NCBI GenBank assembly: GCA_028534125.1
Contig: CM052837.1
Location: 35,712,001-35,776,000 of the forward strand
DNA: 64,000 bases
Reading direction: 5' to 3'
Source of the DNA: Lama glama
Lineage: Eukaryota
Numbering within the stretch: position 1 is the first letter of the stretch; the number at the start of each line of letters is the position of its first letter. The notes beneath the pieces were generated by a model. The model saw only the letters and a list, made by a program, of their open reading frames with translations. It made no database searches and was not told the DNA's origin. Made by a program: the position numbers and the translations under genes. Below are positions 10,126-21,900 of this stretch, piece after piece.

Positions 10126-12879
10126 AATGCCTTTTCTTTAACTTCTATACAGGTACCACACTCTGAGTTTTTGATATTTCTAAATGTTAAGCATTGAAAA
10201 ACAATTTAGAACCATCCTGGGTTGTCGCTGAGACCAGCCTCTCCTCCCTCGCTGCCAGAACGAGGGTTCAGGAGAGACGCTCCATCTTGTCTTCCAAGGG
10301 GCTCCTGGGACATCCGGTCTCTCCCCTGCCCCCGTCCCCGCAGGCCTAGAATCCCAGAGCCCCATGACTTGAGCAGCGTATGCCTGCTTTTTTAAGAACA
10401 GATACGACTGTCCTGAACCCGCCAGCCTCAGGTCGTGTGCGGCCAAGTCAGGTGCAGGGTTGGGCACAGGACCTGGAGCCTGAGGGCCGGGGGGACTCGA
10501 CCACTGAGGGACGCAGGACAGTTCCCTCCTTCCAGGCAGACCAAGGACCCTGCCTGTGGCCTGGGCTGCCTGGAGCCAGGAGGATCTCGGGGACTGCGTT
10601 CCAGGTGTGAACAGCAGCCACCCAGAGTCCCCCGGGGGGCCAGGCGGAGGAGCTGAGCACAATGTGAGCAAAACTACGTGAAACCTCATCAACTTGTAAA
10701 GGAGGAGGACGTCGCCTTGTCCTGGACGTGGCGGCCCAGCTGTGCCCTCCGGAGCACAGCGCTGGCCGCCGGCTGCAGCAGCTCCACATGTGCTGGAGGG
10801 TCTCAACACGGGGACACGGGGACACGGGTGATCGGCAGCCTGCCATCGTGAATGGCATCTTTTCTTGTCTTCTAGTCGCTTAATGTCAGTTCTTGGGGCT
10901 CTCCCCTCCCTCCCTCCCTCCCTTTCTTCCCTCACACTTAACTTGGTTTGGAAGTTTTAAACGTGGTGACTGCTCTGTAGGGACTTCTCTGGGCTCCGCT
11001 GAGTAAGGCTGACACACGCACCTAGACCCCGGCGTGCGCGCGTTGCGGGGCGGGTCGGCGAGCTCACTGACCCCTGCGGACACCTGCAGCCTGCAGAGGC
11101 AGTAATCCTCAAAGGGAAAATGGCTGTCTACTCCCTTCTCTCCCAAACCGTCCCTGCCAAGGACATGAAAAGTCAGGCACGGGTCATCGCATCACTGGCA
11201 TGACACAGCACCCCACGTGCGGACCGCTGCTCTCCAGAGAGAGGCCACGGGCGGCAGGACGGCCCTGGGTCAGCCACGTGCTGGCCCCCGAGCACGGCGG
11301 CTTCCGTCCAAGATCCTCGCCTTCCTGGGCCCCTCGGTTCACTGCCCACGTTGTGAAAGAGCCAAGGGCTGCTTCCTTACGTTGGACATTCCTACCCAGT
11401 GATAGAGCCCCCCACACAGTGAGCAGTGTGGGTGCCCACGCAAGCCTGTTATTAACGCAGCCGTGCACAGCCCTCACAGGCGGGCTCCGGCGCTGCCTGG
11501 GTGAGAAGGAATTTCAGAGGCGGCTTTCTCTCACTGGCTTCTTTGAATTCACCTGTTAAAAAAAAAAAGTCAGAATCTGATTCCAAGCTTGTTCTGGGGG
11601 ATGGCAAACTAATGAACTGCCCTCATGTTGCCAAAGACTTAGCTCCGAGCACGGGCTGGCAGGCGGATGGGCCTTCACGGGCCGCCTGGCCCTGGGCTGA
11701 CGGCAGCTCCGCCTTTGACGGTGGCGGCGGAGGGCGTGGCACAGGTCTGATGAGGGCTCGCTGCGCGCAGCTGAAGTAGAGGCCGAGATGAAGGGCGCTC
11801 TCCCCCCACCGGCTCTCCTCTTTCCTCCGTCAAAAGAACCAGGAAGGCAGAATTCAAGCGAAACACCAAGCTGCGCATAATTCTCAGATGCAAGCCTTTA
11901 ATGCCCATAATAAGTACGGCGGCCATCAGACCGGTGCTTCTTACAAAGGGTTCAGATGCTCGTCTCGCCTTTGAAAGGATCTGCTCCTTGAAATCGGACT
12001 TGGGGCGGTGGGGGGACTCAATCAGCATGAACATCTCCGAGGTCCTCTCACCACTGAGATAGCTGTCAACTCCTCAGAACAAACCAAGCCATTTACAGGG
12101 CACCGACGTGGGGTCCACGCGGAGTCGGCGTGAGTAAGTCCATTGTGCGCCCTTCAGAGTGGAGTGACGAGGAATGAGAAGCCGTTTTGTGAAATGGGAA
12201 GCAGGCAACTTGGCTTCCCGTGACACCTTCCCCGCCCAGAGGAGGAGCCCAACAGGGGAACACTTACCCGGAATGAAGAGCCTGCGCTTGGTAAGCGAGG
12301 CGGTGGTGGCGCAGCAGCAGGCTGGGAACGAGAGCGAGCTAGAGCTGGCCCTGGCGTGCGTCCGAGCGGCTGGAGCTGCGTCTGGGCACCGGGGCCCGGC
12401 TCCAGGTGGGTGGCTCAGATGTTGCAAGCGGCCAAAATCAGGCCCTTCCGGAGCTAACTCGCGCGGCGATAACACCGCTGCCGGACGCTGCCTGGGGACA
12501 GGCGACCGAGCTGCCACTTGCTCTCATTTGCTGAGGGGTCTTTGTCCCTCTCCTTTTCTTATTTTTCAGATGGATAATTCAAGCAAAAGTAAGACAACGT
12601 GAATATGTTCTTTTCATTTTCAGTCACTGACAAGTTTACCACCATGATCCTGCGTTCCCTTTTGGTCCTCACTCTCTGGATAAACCATTGTACACAGTCA
12701 CACTCCTGGGTCAGACTGCACCTCGTCACCCACCCCACCTCGCCGTAATCTGGGGGGCAAGGCTTTGGGGAAACATGTGTTATGAGCTGGTCTTCTGACC
12801 ACAGCGTTGTTAGTCATGCACCTGCTGCCTCGGACTAGGTTCTTGGGAGCTAAATTTATTGCCTAAGTTTGTTTGTATT

Positions 12880-12990
12880 TCTGTGTTTATTTTTATATTT
12901 TGTCAAATTATTTTCACAAGGAACTATGAAATTACAGTGCTTCCAACTTACAGTACCGTCGGCAGTTTATGACAGTAGCACACGATAGCC
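12880..12990 (-). mobile_element. Old L1 (L1ME-like) fragment
   Basis: tttgtcaaattattttcacaagg...ccaacttacagtaccgtcggcagtttatgacagt resembles antisense ttgccaaattgc...accaatttacactcccaccagcagtgtatgagagt. Confidence 0.45.
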
Positions 12991-13019
12991 CCAGTAATAT
13001 TAAAGATAACAGTTCTTTA

Positions 13020-13725
13020 TTTAGTTATTTTTGTTTTTTCTCTTTCTTTTTTAACTGAAGTACAGCTGACTTACAATGTTGTGTCAGTTTCTTACACACA
13101 GCATAGTGATGAAATTATACATATGTATATGTACTCTTTTTCATTATAGGTCATTACAAGGTATTGAATACAGTTCCCTGTGCTGTGCAGTAGGACCTTG
13201 TTGTTTATCTATTTTATATATAATAGTTTGTATTTGTTAATCCAAAACTCCTAATTTATCCCTCCTTCCACCCTTTCCCCTTCGGAAACCATAAGTTTGC
13301 TTTCTATATCTGGGAGTCTGTTTCTGTTTTATGAATAAATTCATTTATGTCATTTTTTTAGATTCCACATGTAAGTGATATATGGTGTTTGTCTTTGTCT
13401 GACTTACTGCACTTAGTATGACAATCTCCAGGTCCATCCATGTTGCTGCAAATGGCTTTATTTCATTCTTTTTTAGGGCTGAGTAGTATTCCATTGTATA
13501 TACATACCACAGCTTCTTTACCAGTCATCTGTCCATGGACATTTATGTTGTTTCCATGTCTTGGCTGCTGTGAATAGTACTGCTCTGATGGTGGGAATGT
13601 AATTCGGTGCAGCCACTATGGAAAACAGTATGAAGATTCCTTAAAAAACTAAAAATAGAGCTACCGTGTGGTCCAAGTATCCCGCTCTGGGCATGTCTCT
13701 GGAGAAAATTCTAATTCATAAAGAT
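13020..13725 (-). mobile_element. Lineage-specific (cetartiodactyl/camelid) L1 3' end, 5'-truncated, with a 5' inversion
   Basis: T-rich tail at 13020-13052, antisense 3' UTR (ttgaatacagttccctgtgctgtgcagtaggaccttg...ttagattccacatgtaagtgat) to ~13588, then a sense-oriented ORF2-end segment tggtgggaatgtaa...ctaattcataaagat (13589-13725). Flanking imperfect direct repeat at 13001-13017 and 13719-13735. Confidence 0.9.
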
Positions 13726-15719
13726 TGCAGTTTTTAAAATATGTTCATTTGACAGGCTGTACAGCAGGTACTTATTATAATTTTGCATCACATCAGGGAG
13801 GTTGAACGCTCTTCTCTGGCTGCTAATGTTACATCAGCGTGTGACTGTCCCCCCACGGGTCCCGCCGCCGCTGCGATCCTGGCCTCACTCCAGTGGGCAC
13901 CTCCCTCATCCGGTGTCTGTCCACTGCGTCCATTCCTTCAACAATGTCACCTGCAAAGTGTGTTCTGCTTTTCCCACAAGAGCACATCTGGATGGAACTT
14001 ACATATGTTTTCCAACATGGCCTATCCGACAAGTTCAATCTGACTTACAGACCACCTGATTTGTGCTGGAAAGTTATTGGGGAAGTCGCTGTCCAGGGAC
14101 AGGAGGCTCGACACCAGGCTCTCCTCCCTGCATCGTGGGCTCGTCAGACCCCTCTTGTTCTCAGCAAGTCAGAATGCATCACAGCCCCCGTCGGACCCCA
14201 GCCTTCAGCCAGACAGAGCCTGGGTCCCTGCCAGGCCTCCAAGGGACCCACGTGGCCAGCGGTGCCTGGGGGTCGAGGGGAGAGGCCACTGCAGGGAGCC
14301 CGAGGATGGGGAGGCCACAGACCATCTGGTCCTCACTCCATCCGACACTGGACACAGCTCTGTGCACCCGGCGGGCCTGCTGGAACCCGTGACTTGCCTG
14401 TCTTCTCCGGGAGCGTGACGTCTGCCCGTGGGGCTGAGTTCCCTCTGGAGGCGCAGGGTCAGCTCGGTTCTGGGGAGTGGCACAGGCAGCAATGATGGCC
14501 GTCGGGGGTCGTGTCAGTGCCTCAGAGGTCTGGCTCCTCTCCTTGGGTGTCAGGTGCGACGAGGCTCGGGTGCTGATCCCCCTTGCTGAGAGCGTGTCTG
14601 GGACTCTTACCCTCCATTCTGAAGAGCCTCCTTCCCATGCCGGAGTAAAGGTTGTCCTGCAGAACAAGGCCAGTCTGCCCCAGATGCCTCTTTTCAGATG
14701 GTTTCTGGACATCTCAGGCGACAGGACTGGCTCGTAGGTGAGAGGGAACCTGGGTTGGGGGAAGACTCCATGGCTTCTACCAGCAGGATCACATCTCCAG
14801 CCCTGTCAGTGGGGCCCTTTGTGACTCCAGGGGGCGGGTCTAGACTCCACTGAATGTGCCATCCTCAGCCCCTCTTCAGTGGGGACACTCACCCCTCAGA
14901 AGACAGAGGGCCACAGACCCCAGGGCTGAGGGAGGGTCTTAGGGCATGGCCCCAACCCCATTGGGAGCATCTCAGAGCACTGTCCCCTCCAGGGATACTG
15001 ACCCAGTCCCACCAGGTGCCAGATCTGGGCTTGGCGGGGCCACAGCAGAGACGGTGAGCACACCGACTGCAGCAGGGTTCCCCAGCACCCACTAAATGCC
15101 AGGCAATCTGGCTGCGTCTTGAGAACCTGGGGAGCCAAGGTTTCAAGGGTACAATGGTCATGTGTGTCTTTGAATAGACGCCTGTGTGAGCAGGTGGGGG
15201 GTGGGCGTGGGCGTGGATCCTCTGGAGCTTGCTGCAATTGCCCAGCTGAGAAACGGTGGCAGAGGAGACGGAGGAGGTGAGCAGGGCATTCCAAGAGGAG
15301 AGAAGTGGTCTGTGCGTGTCAGGGGTCGGGGGTGTGGGGCATGGCCAGAGGAGCAAACCTGGATGGAGAGACATCTGTCCGCATGTTTCATACAGCTGGA
15401 GAAATACAAGGCTTTTGGTCACTTGGCCACACGTTTCTCAGGTTAAAGCTCTTGGACTCTCTACCCTGGAAGGGATGGGAATCCATTGCCAGATCTTAAA
15501 GAAGACAGTTGACATGATCAGATCCAATGCTTAGAAAGCTCACCCTCTGGGCTGGGGGGTGGTGGGAGGTGATTTGGAAGGGGAGCATTTCTCCAGACTT
15601 CTGTAAAAATGAATATGTCAAATCAGTTTCTTCGTCTTTACAATGATGATAAAAATAACTCATTTGGGGCTTGGGAGCATGTACAGTGAGCATCGTAATG
15701 TCTATCCGTCATAGTTTGC

Positions 15720-15905
15720 TTGGGCATCACGCCAAAGGCTTCACCTACAAAACTTCATTTAATTTACTCTTCAAAACAATCTACAAGACAGAGTGATTGC
15801 CTGCCTTGCACGGAGGAGAATATTAAGTCTCAGCGAGTCTGAGTATTTGCCCGAGACCCTCCGGCTGCAAGGGCAGAGCTGGGCTGGAAAACCGCCGTGG
15901 CTGAC
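15720..15905 (-). mobile_element. MIR SINE
   Basis: cttcatttaatttactcttcaaaacaatct...ttgcacggaggagaatattaagtctcagcgag...tttgcccgagacc...ggcagagctgggctggaaaacc follows the reverse MIR consensus. Confidence 0.65.
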
Positions 15906-17538
15906 TTGGGAACATCAGCCTCTGAAACGTCCCGGGCCCTAAGACAAGGCCGACGACAGCTCGGAGGGTGAGCAGGCGCGCAGCCTCTCACAGGTGAGGC
16001 ACTGGGATCAGAGAAACCAAGCAACTCTCCCGTGGCACCTCACTCGTGTAAGTCGGAGGGTCAGACGCCAGCGTCCCAGGTCTGAGGGGTGTTTTCATGG
16101 CCGTGCTTTCACCAGAGGCAAGACCTGCAGAGATTTGGAAGAGGGCGGGCATTTTTATTGTAGAAGAAAAGGAAGACTCGGGTCACAGAATTCTATCAGC
16201 GAGTCAGGGAAGAATGGGACAGGTTTTTTTGTTTGTTTGTTTTCAGCTCCACAATTTCACAAAATAGCACAAGTCAGAGTGAGAGACGAGGCAGACCCGG
16301 GAGAGCACGGAGCAGGGGAAGGACGGCGAGCAGGGAGGACCGGCCGCTCCTGGAAGCTGGACCGTCTCCGTGTCCCTCGATGGCCCTGCTTGGATCGCGC
16401 CTGGAGCTGCTGAAGGCTTCCTGCCGTCAGTGATGAGGAGTGAGTGATGCTGGAGGCGGCCACACCCTGAGCCGCCACCAGGTGCAAGGACACCGAAAGG
16501 GGACCCGTGACTCTTCACAGCGAGTCTCCCAGGCAGCTTCCCTCCCCACTGTCTCCTTGGTCTTGGCATTAGGCTATTTCAGACAATTGCTGTGAATCTC
16601 TGTATTTCCAGAAAAGCCAAAGCAATTTATTTGGGAGATGAATTCAAGCCCTTAAACAAACCACACAGAAAATTGTGACCGAGGCTGAAGTTCGAGGAGA
16701 GATGAAATGGCCGGTGGTGTTCTGTAAGTCTGGGGCTCTTTTACGTTCCAGCCGGCGAGGCGACTGAGCCCCCGCACCGCATCTTTGGAATCAGACCGCC
16801 CACCGCCCGTTCCCATCTCATCCCTCTTCTACGGAGCGGGGTGGCGGTGGCCCGGTCTCTGCAGAAACAATGAGCTCCCAGGTTACTTAACCCTCATTTC
16901 CCCTGAAGCACTGGCTCCAGAAACGAGCCCCCACCCGCCCCGGCCGAAAGTCATCAGGAAAATGCTTTCCAGCTCTTTTGTTAAATTGTGGAGGTGAAAA
17001 CAAACAAGCAAAAAAACCTGTTTCATTCTGCCTCGACTCTTTGACACCATGAATTGCCAGCTACACGCCGCACATTCCGAACAACTTTCTTGGGGGTGGG
17101 CACTATGCTTCCGGTCCTCTTATCTTTACGACACGGCCGAATTTCCGTAAAACCTGGAAAAGAAAAACATAGACCTTTTAATTGAACCATAAGGCATTTC
17201 CCTTAAAGAGCATTGCTCCAGCATTTTCCATGAACATCTTGGCGGAATCTTCAAAGAGGCCGAAGCTTTTCCTTGAGTTTTACCTTAAATTAGCTTCGGA
17301 AATCCGTCTGCGGTGGGAGGAGGCGAGGCGGGGCCGCTCCTGTCCCCCGCGTGGCCGAGGGCAGCGCGTCCCGCCGGAGGTGCCGCACGCCGACCCGATG
17401 CGGGGCGGGGTCTCAGGCTGCCCCTCCCTCTGGTCCTCAGTCCCGGTTCCCCCCATGACCACCGCAGCCCGAGAGGTAAGGGAACCCACGCCAACCCAGT
17501 GGCCTCCAGGCAGACTCTCGGCGGTTACGAGCTGCTGG

Positions 17539-17998
17539 TGAATTATTTTCCCGTGGCTGCTAGAACACATCACCACAAATTCAGCACAGATGTGTTCACT
17601 CACAATTCTGAAGCCAGAAAATCAAAACCAGTTGCCCCGGGGCTCAAATCAAGGCGTGGGCAAGGCTGGTTCCTTCCGGAAGCTCCAGGGAGGAATCTGT
17701 TCCCTTGCCTTTCCCAGCTTCCGTGAGCTGCCTGCATCCGGGGCTCCGTCCTCCATCACTGCGCCCTTGTGCCTCCCTCATCACACCTCTGACCACAGTG
17801 TCGCCGACCCTCCCACCGCTCTCCTATGAAGACCCCGTGATTCCGTCGTTAGGCCAGCCCGGCTAGTCCGAGATAGTCTCCCATCCCGAGATCCTTAATC
17901 ACAGGTGAAAACCCCTTTTGCCACAGAAGGTGACACGGCCACAGGGTCCACAGAGGAGGGTGTGCACACCTGCGGGGACCGTGATCCAGCCTGTCACA
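17539..17998 (-). mobile_element. MaLR solo LTR (MLT1D/E-like)
   Basis: tgaattattttcccgtggctgctagaacacatcaccacaaa at one end and gatccagcctgtcaca at the other. Internal aatcaaggcgtgggcaaggctggttccttccggaagctccagggaggaatctgttcccttgcctttcccagcttc and atccttaatcaca are typical of antisense MLT1. Confidence 0.85.
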
Positions 17999-18189
17999 AA
18001 GGGAACGCCGAAAGAGAGGTGGGGACAGCTTTCCACTTTTGTGTGTATTTCGCTGTATCTCTCCTCTGTGCCCGGCTGCCTCCCTTGCCTTGACTTACCC
18101 TTTCAGGACCTCATCTCATGAGCTGTGACTGGTGTCAGTTCTGTTCCTTGGGGTCCGTTGCAGACCTGATAAATACCACCCGCTGGTGC

Positions 18190-18950
18190 CTTTCAAGGTG
18201 CTGTGCTGTAGAACCTGGGGCGCTTGTTGGGGGGAGACACATAATCATGTAAATTAGCCTCTGCCCTGTAGGAACTTGCAGCCCCCTGGGAAGCCTAGAC
18301 CCTCAGGGAAACAGGTAAGAACTCAGAGGAGCAGACGGCGTAATGGTGAGTGGTTCAGAGAAACCTTCCTTTGGGCAGGACCTCAGGGAAGGGGCAGCCA
18401 ACAGTGACCAGAGAGGGCAGGGCTGGCACCTTGGAGAGAAATGACCTGGGCCAGTCCTGAAAGACATGGGAAGAGGGAGAACATAAGGGTCTCCAGGAAG
18501 AACGCGGTGGGAAAGTCTTGGAGGCGAGAATGAGTGTGGTTTCTTCTGGGTGCAGGGCAGACGTTGCTGGTGTGGAGCTCACCGTTCATTTGGAGATAGA
18601 AGGTGATTTCGGCCAAGTTGGGCAGGGTTGGATTTTGAAGAATCTGCATCCAACAGCAGGTGTTAGGACTTAATCCTATAATCAGGCAAGAGCTACGGAT
18701 GGATTTCAGACGGAAATTACGTGATAAAGTTGATGATCTGCCCATGTGAGGCATGACTGGAGAGGGCATACTCACCGTGTAAAAGGGCGGGGCTCTGGGA
18801 AGCCAGGGGAACCCAGGCCCGGGGGGGTGGTGGTGGAGAGAAAGCACAGGTGGGAGGCAGCTCAGGGGAAGAGTCCAGGGTCAGGCTTCTGAATGGAAGT
18901 GGGCGGAGCATGCGAAGGGAAGATGGACAAGGCATCTCTGGCCCAAGGAC
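18190..18950 (-). mobile_element. L2 LINE 3' region
   Basis: Purine-rich antisense L2 pattern: ctctgccctgtaggaacttgcag, aaagtcttggaggcgagaatgagtgtgg, gttaggacttaatcctataa. Confidence 0.65.
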
Positions 18951-19669
18951 AGACTTGGCAGAGCCAAGTGCTACGAAACCCTTGTCCTAGATTGCAGACC
19001 TGCACCGCTGACCTGGAGACAGCACCCAGCTTTCCTGTGGCCAACACACATTCATATGAGAGGTGTGCTTCACAATTTACCCGCAGAAGCCAGCGTTAAA
19101 AAAACGGACATTAAACACAGTGTTTCTCAAGACTCCGTAGCGGCATCTGAGGTTCGTGTTCCTCTTCGTTTTGGAGACACAGGTGCCGGAAATTGAAATA
19201 ATTTCACACTCTGGCGTTGGTGTCAAGACAGGTTATTATTTCGATGATAAATACGAAATGTTACAACATGCCTTTTGTGTAGCAAGTGTCTCTGCCTGCC
19301 CTTTAAGAGGTCTTAGATTTAGTGTTGCAAGCACGTGTTCAAAGTAGGATTTGCCACATGTCTTGTTAGCATTCCCATGTGGGCAGTGCAGTCTGAACAC
19401 TACCCTTTACACACACGCACAGGCACAAATGCATGGACAGATTCAGGTTCCCGCTGTACCCATTCCCACGGAAAGATTTCAGATCAAGAATGAGATGCCA
19501 GACAGACAGAAGTCCTATGCCCACCTTACAGACGTTGGAAATCGCCAAGTGTTCACGCAGTTTCTTTACTGCAAACACACTCTTTTCCTTGGTCTGTTTA
19601 TACATAGTCTGGCTGCTTACTGGCAGCATCTCCATCTCCTTGCCCGACTTTGACTCTTCCCGCTAGTCT

Positions 19670-19970
19670 TCCGGTTAATCAGAGGGTGGGGTGCAAGACG
19701 GCCAATACACGGGATGGCCGGGGGTTGGTTGTAATCGATTAAAAAATTCGACCTGAATCAGTACTAGACTTTTCCTTATGCTTAATTAAGCCCAATTAAA
19801 CAATGCCGGCTCCTCCCTGGCACCTGTGGTGCGATTATGTTAAATGTTTAATGCTGGTGAAGGGTTAGGCTGAGCTTCTAATCTGCAGCTCACCATCTGT
19901 CCCCTCTCTGGAGTGTTTGTTATTTAGTTCTGCTTTGGGATAATGAGTTACATTTCAAAGGAAATGGTGA
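19670..19970. promoter_or_regulatory. Candidate enhancer / conserved non-coding element
   Basis: Non-repeat block with TAATCGATTA (19732-19741), CTTAATTAAG (19781-19790), CAATTA overlapping AACAATG (19793-19805) and further TAATC/GATTA cores. Motif content only; conservation not tested. Confidence 0.5.
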
Positions 19971-21289
19971 GACCCTCCAGCACGGATGGGCCACGGCCTG
20001 GCGAATTGGAGCGGGAGGCGCCTCGGCGACCTGACTTCCACGTGCGGCCGGCTCTGCTGGACCACAGCGGTGGGATCCCGAGAAGAGAGGGACGAGAAAG
20101 CGAAGAGCGCCTAGGAGGCTTCTGGAGGTATTTTCCAGCCTCATGCTGCCTGTGATTGTGGACTTGGAGTGTGAGGACACCAGGTTCACATTGCGAACAC
20201 CCCGGACACTCTGCATGGAGTTCATAGCTGCGTTTCCCCATCCCCCATTTCCCCAGGGGCTGTTGGCCAGCTGTCCAGTGAAAAAACACACCTGTATGTT
20301 CTTACCCTCCTCCCCCCGCGGCCCCAGGACCCACACATCCATCCTCCTCTGGAAATAAAGCCACTCTACAAACCTGAGCACCTATTCCCAAGAGCTCCCT
20401 TCAAAGAAAAGGCCGTGGTTATTTCTGGAAGCAAAACTGCAAACGCTGAGTAAGGGTGTTCGTCAAATGTCAGACTTCTTCCTCCAAAGGAAAACCGGGC
20501 CCTCATTATTCATCTTGGCCTGAAAAGATTCTGAGAGAAGAAATTCAGTGTGTTCTTCGCACAGGCAACACTTGACAAAGAGACTCTTGAAACCTGAGGC
20601 TTTGTTTCATTTCTCTAATGATCCCTAATATTTTTAATATATTTAGGAACGCACGACAGATTTACGCAATTACGTTTTCAACTGGCAGAATCTGTGTAGT
20701 CAGTTTCTCAGGGTTTTTAAAGATCCTCCATCCTCGGCCGAGCACGGGGGGCAGGTTGACACTCCTGCGTATAACTTGGAAGGCAGCTCCAGGAGCCCCA
20801 CTTGTTAAAGCAAATGGACTTTTTAATATTAAATGAGCACAGCTGACACAAGTTCTGGTGGCGAAAGGATTGCCTTCAACGTTTTGGGGACAGAGATGAA
20901 AAATCCACTCTGCTCCTCGAAGCTGGACTCTAAGGCCCAAGGAGCGGCTCCTCCCTGCACCCCCACCAGGGTGGGGGGCGCGGAGCAGAAGGCCAGAGGG
21001 CACGCCCAGCAGGCAGGCACTGTCCAGGAGGTGCGCCCGTGGCGGTGCGCCGCGGCAGGCCCACCCGGACACCTTCGGGATGCGGAAGTGGCCTTGTGCT
21101 CTGGAGTGGGGGGCAGCGGTGGATTTGACACGTGCCTCCGTGGGACACCCCAGTCTTGTAGGTATGCACCCCAAGTGAAAACAGGGCGGGGCCCTGTCCA
21201 CGGCGGCCAAAATTAGGAACCAGCTCCCTGCCACCTGTTGAGATGCCCAAGTCATGTGTACTCAGGAGCGTCACCGGATTTTCAAAAGT

Positions 21290-21900
21290 AACTTTATGCT
21301 GATGTAAGATTAATCGGGTGCTCATTATAAAATCCACACGGCACCTTATTAAACACCTCCTGTCGCTGGAAGCACAAGGCAGAGGCTCCTTACGCTGAGG
21401 CTGTGTTGCCCTCTAGTGAGAGAGGTCAGCATGATGCATGCAAAATTATCTTGATCGCTGCATAATTAATGTTTACGGAGGGAGGCAGGGAGAGAAGAAC
21501 CCAGCCCCAGCCTGTTCGGGACCGCTAAGCATTTCTAGATCTACACATACAGGTATATACACAGGCACGTGTGTGCGTGTCCCCGCCCCCCTAAGCAGCC
21601 CCCCAGCCCTTACCTTGACTTAGCGTATGGAAGCCGTTTCTCCTTCCCTGTCACTTTTGTTTCTCGGCATGGAAGTTTCATTTTATATGGCCATCAACAG
21701 GCAAAGATCCAAGCCTAAAGAATAAATCAGCAGCGCTGATCAGAGACACAGATCTTTAATGCATAAGTATATATTTAATGTGTCTGCTGAAAGAATGTCT
21801 AATTACCCTGTCACTGAACAAAGCACATGTTCAACTGTGATAAATTATGCCATCCTTTACTTCTGCAAAACATATTGAGATTGAGGAAGACTGCAGCAAA
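21290..21900. promoter_or_regulatory. Candidate enhancer cluster
   Basis: AT-rich non-repeat islands with GATTAATC, TGCATAATTAATG (21459-21471), ATAAATCA (21722-21729) and CTAATTA plus CTGTCA (~21799-21813). Confidence 0.45.

Noticed and set aside
10806-10828. Short tandem repeats: (acacgggg) about 3 times, (tg)n at 30167-30181, CA-rich 47700-47810
   Set aside because: Ordinary slippage repeats with no repeat-spacer architecture; not CRISPR-like.
19420-19640. Possible very old antisense L1ME fragment
   Set aside because: Similarity too weak to support by eye.
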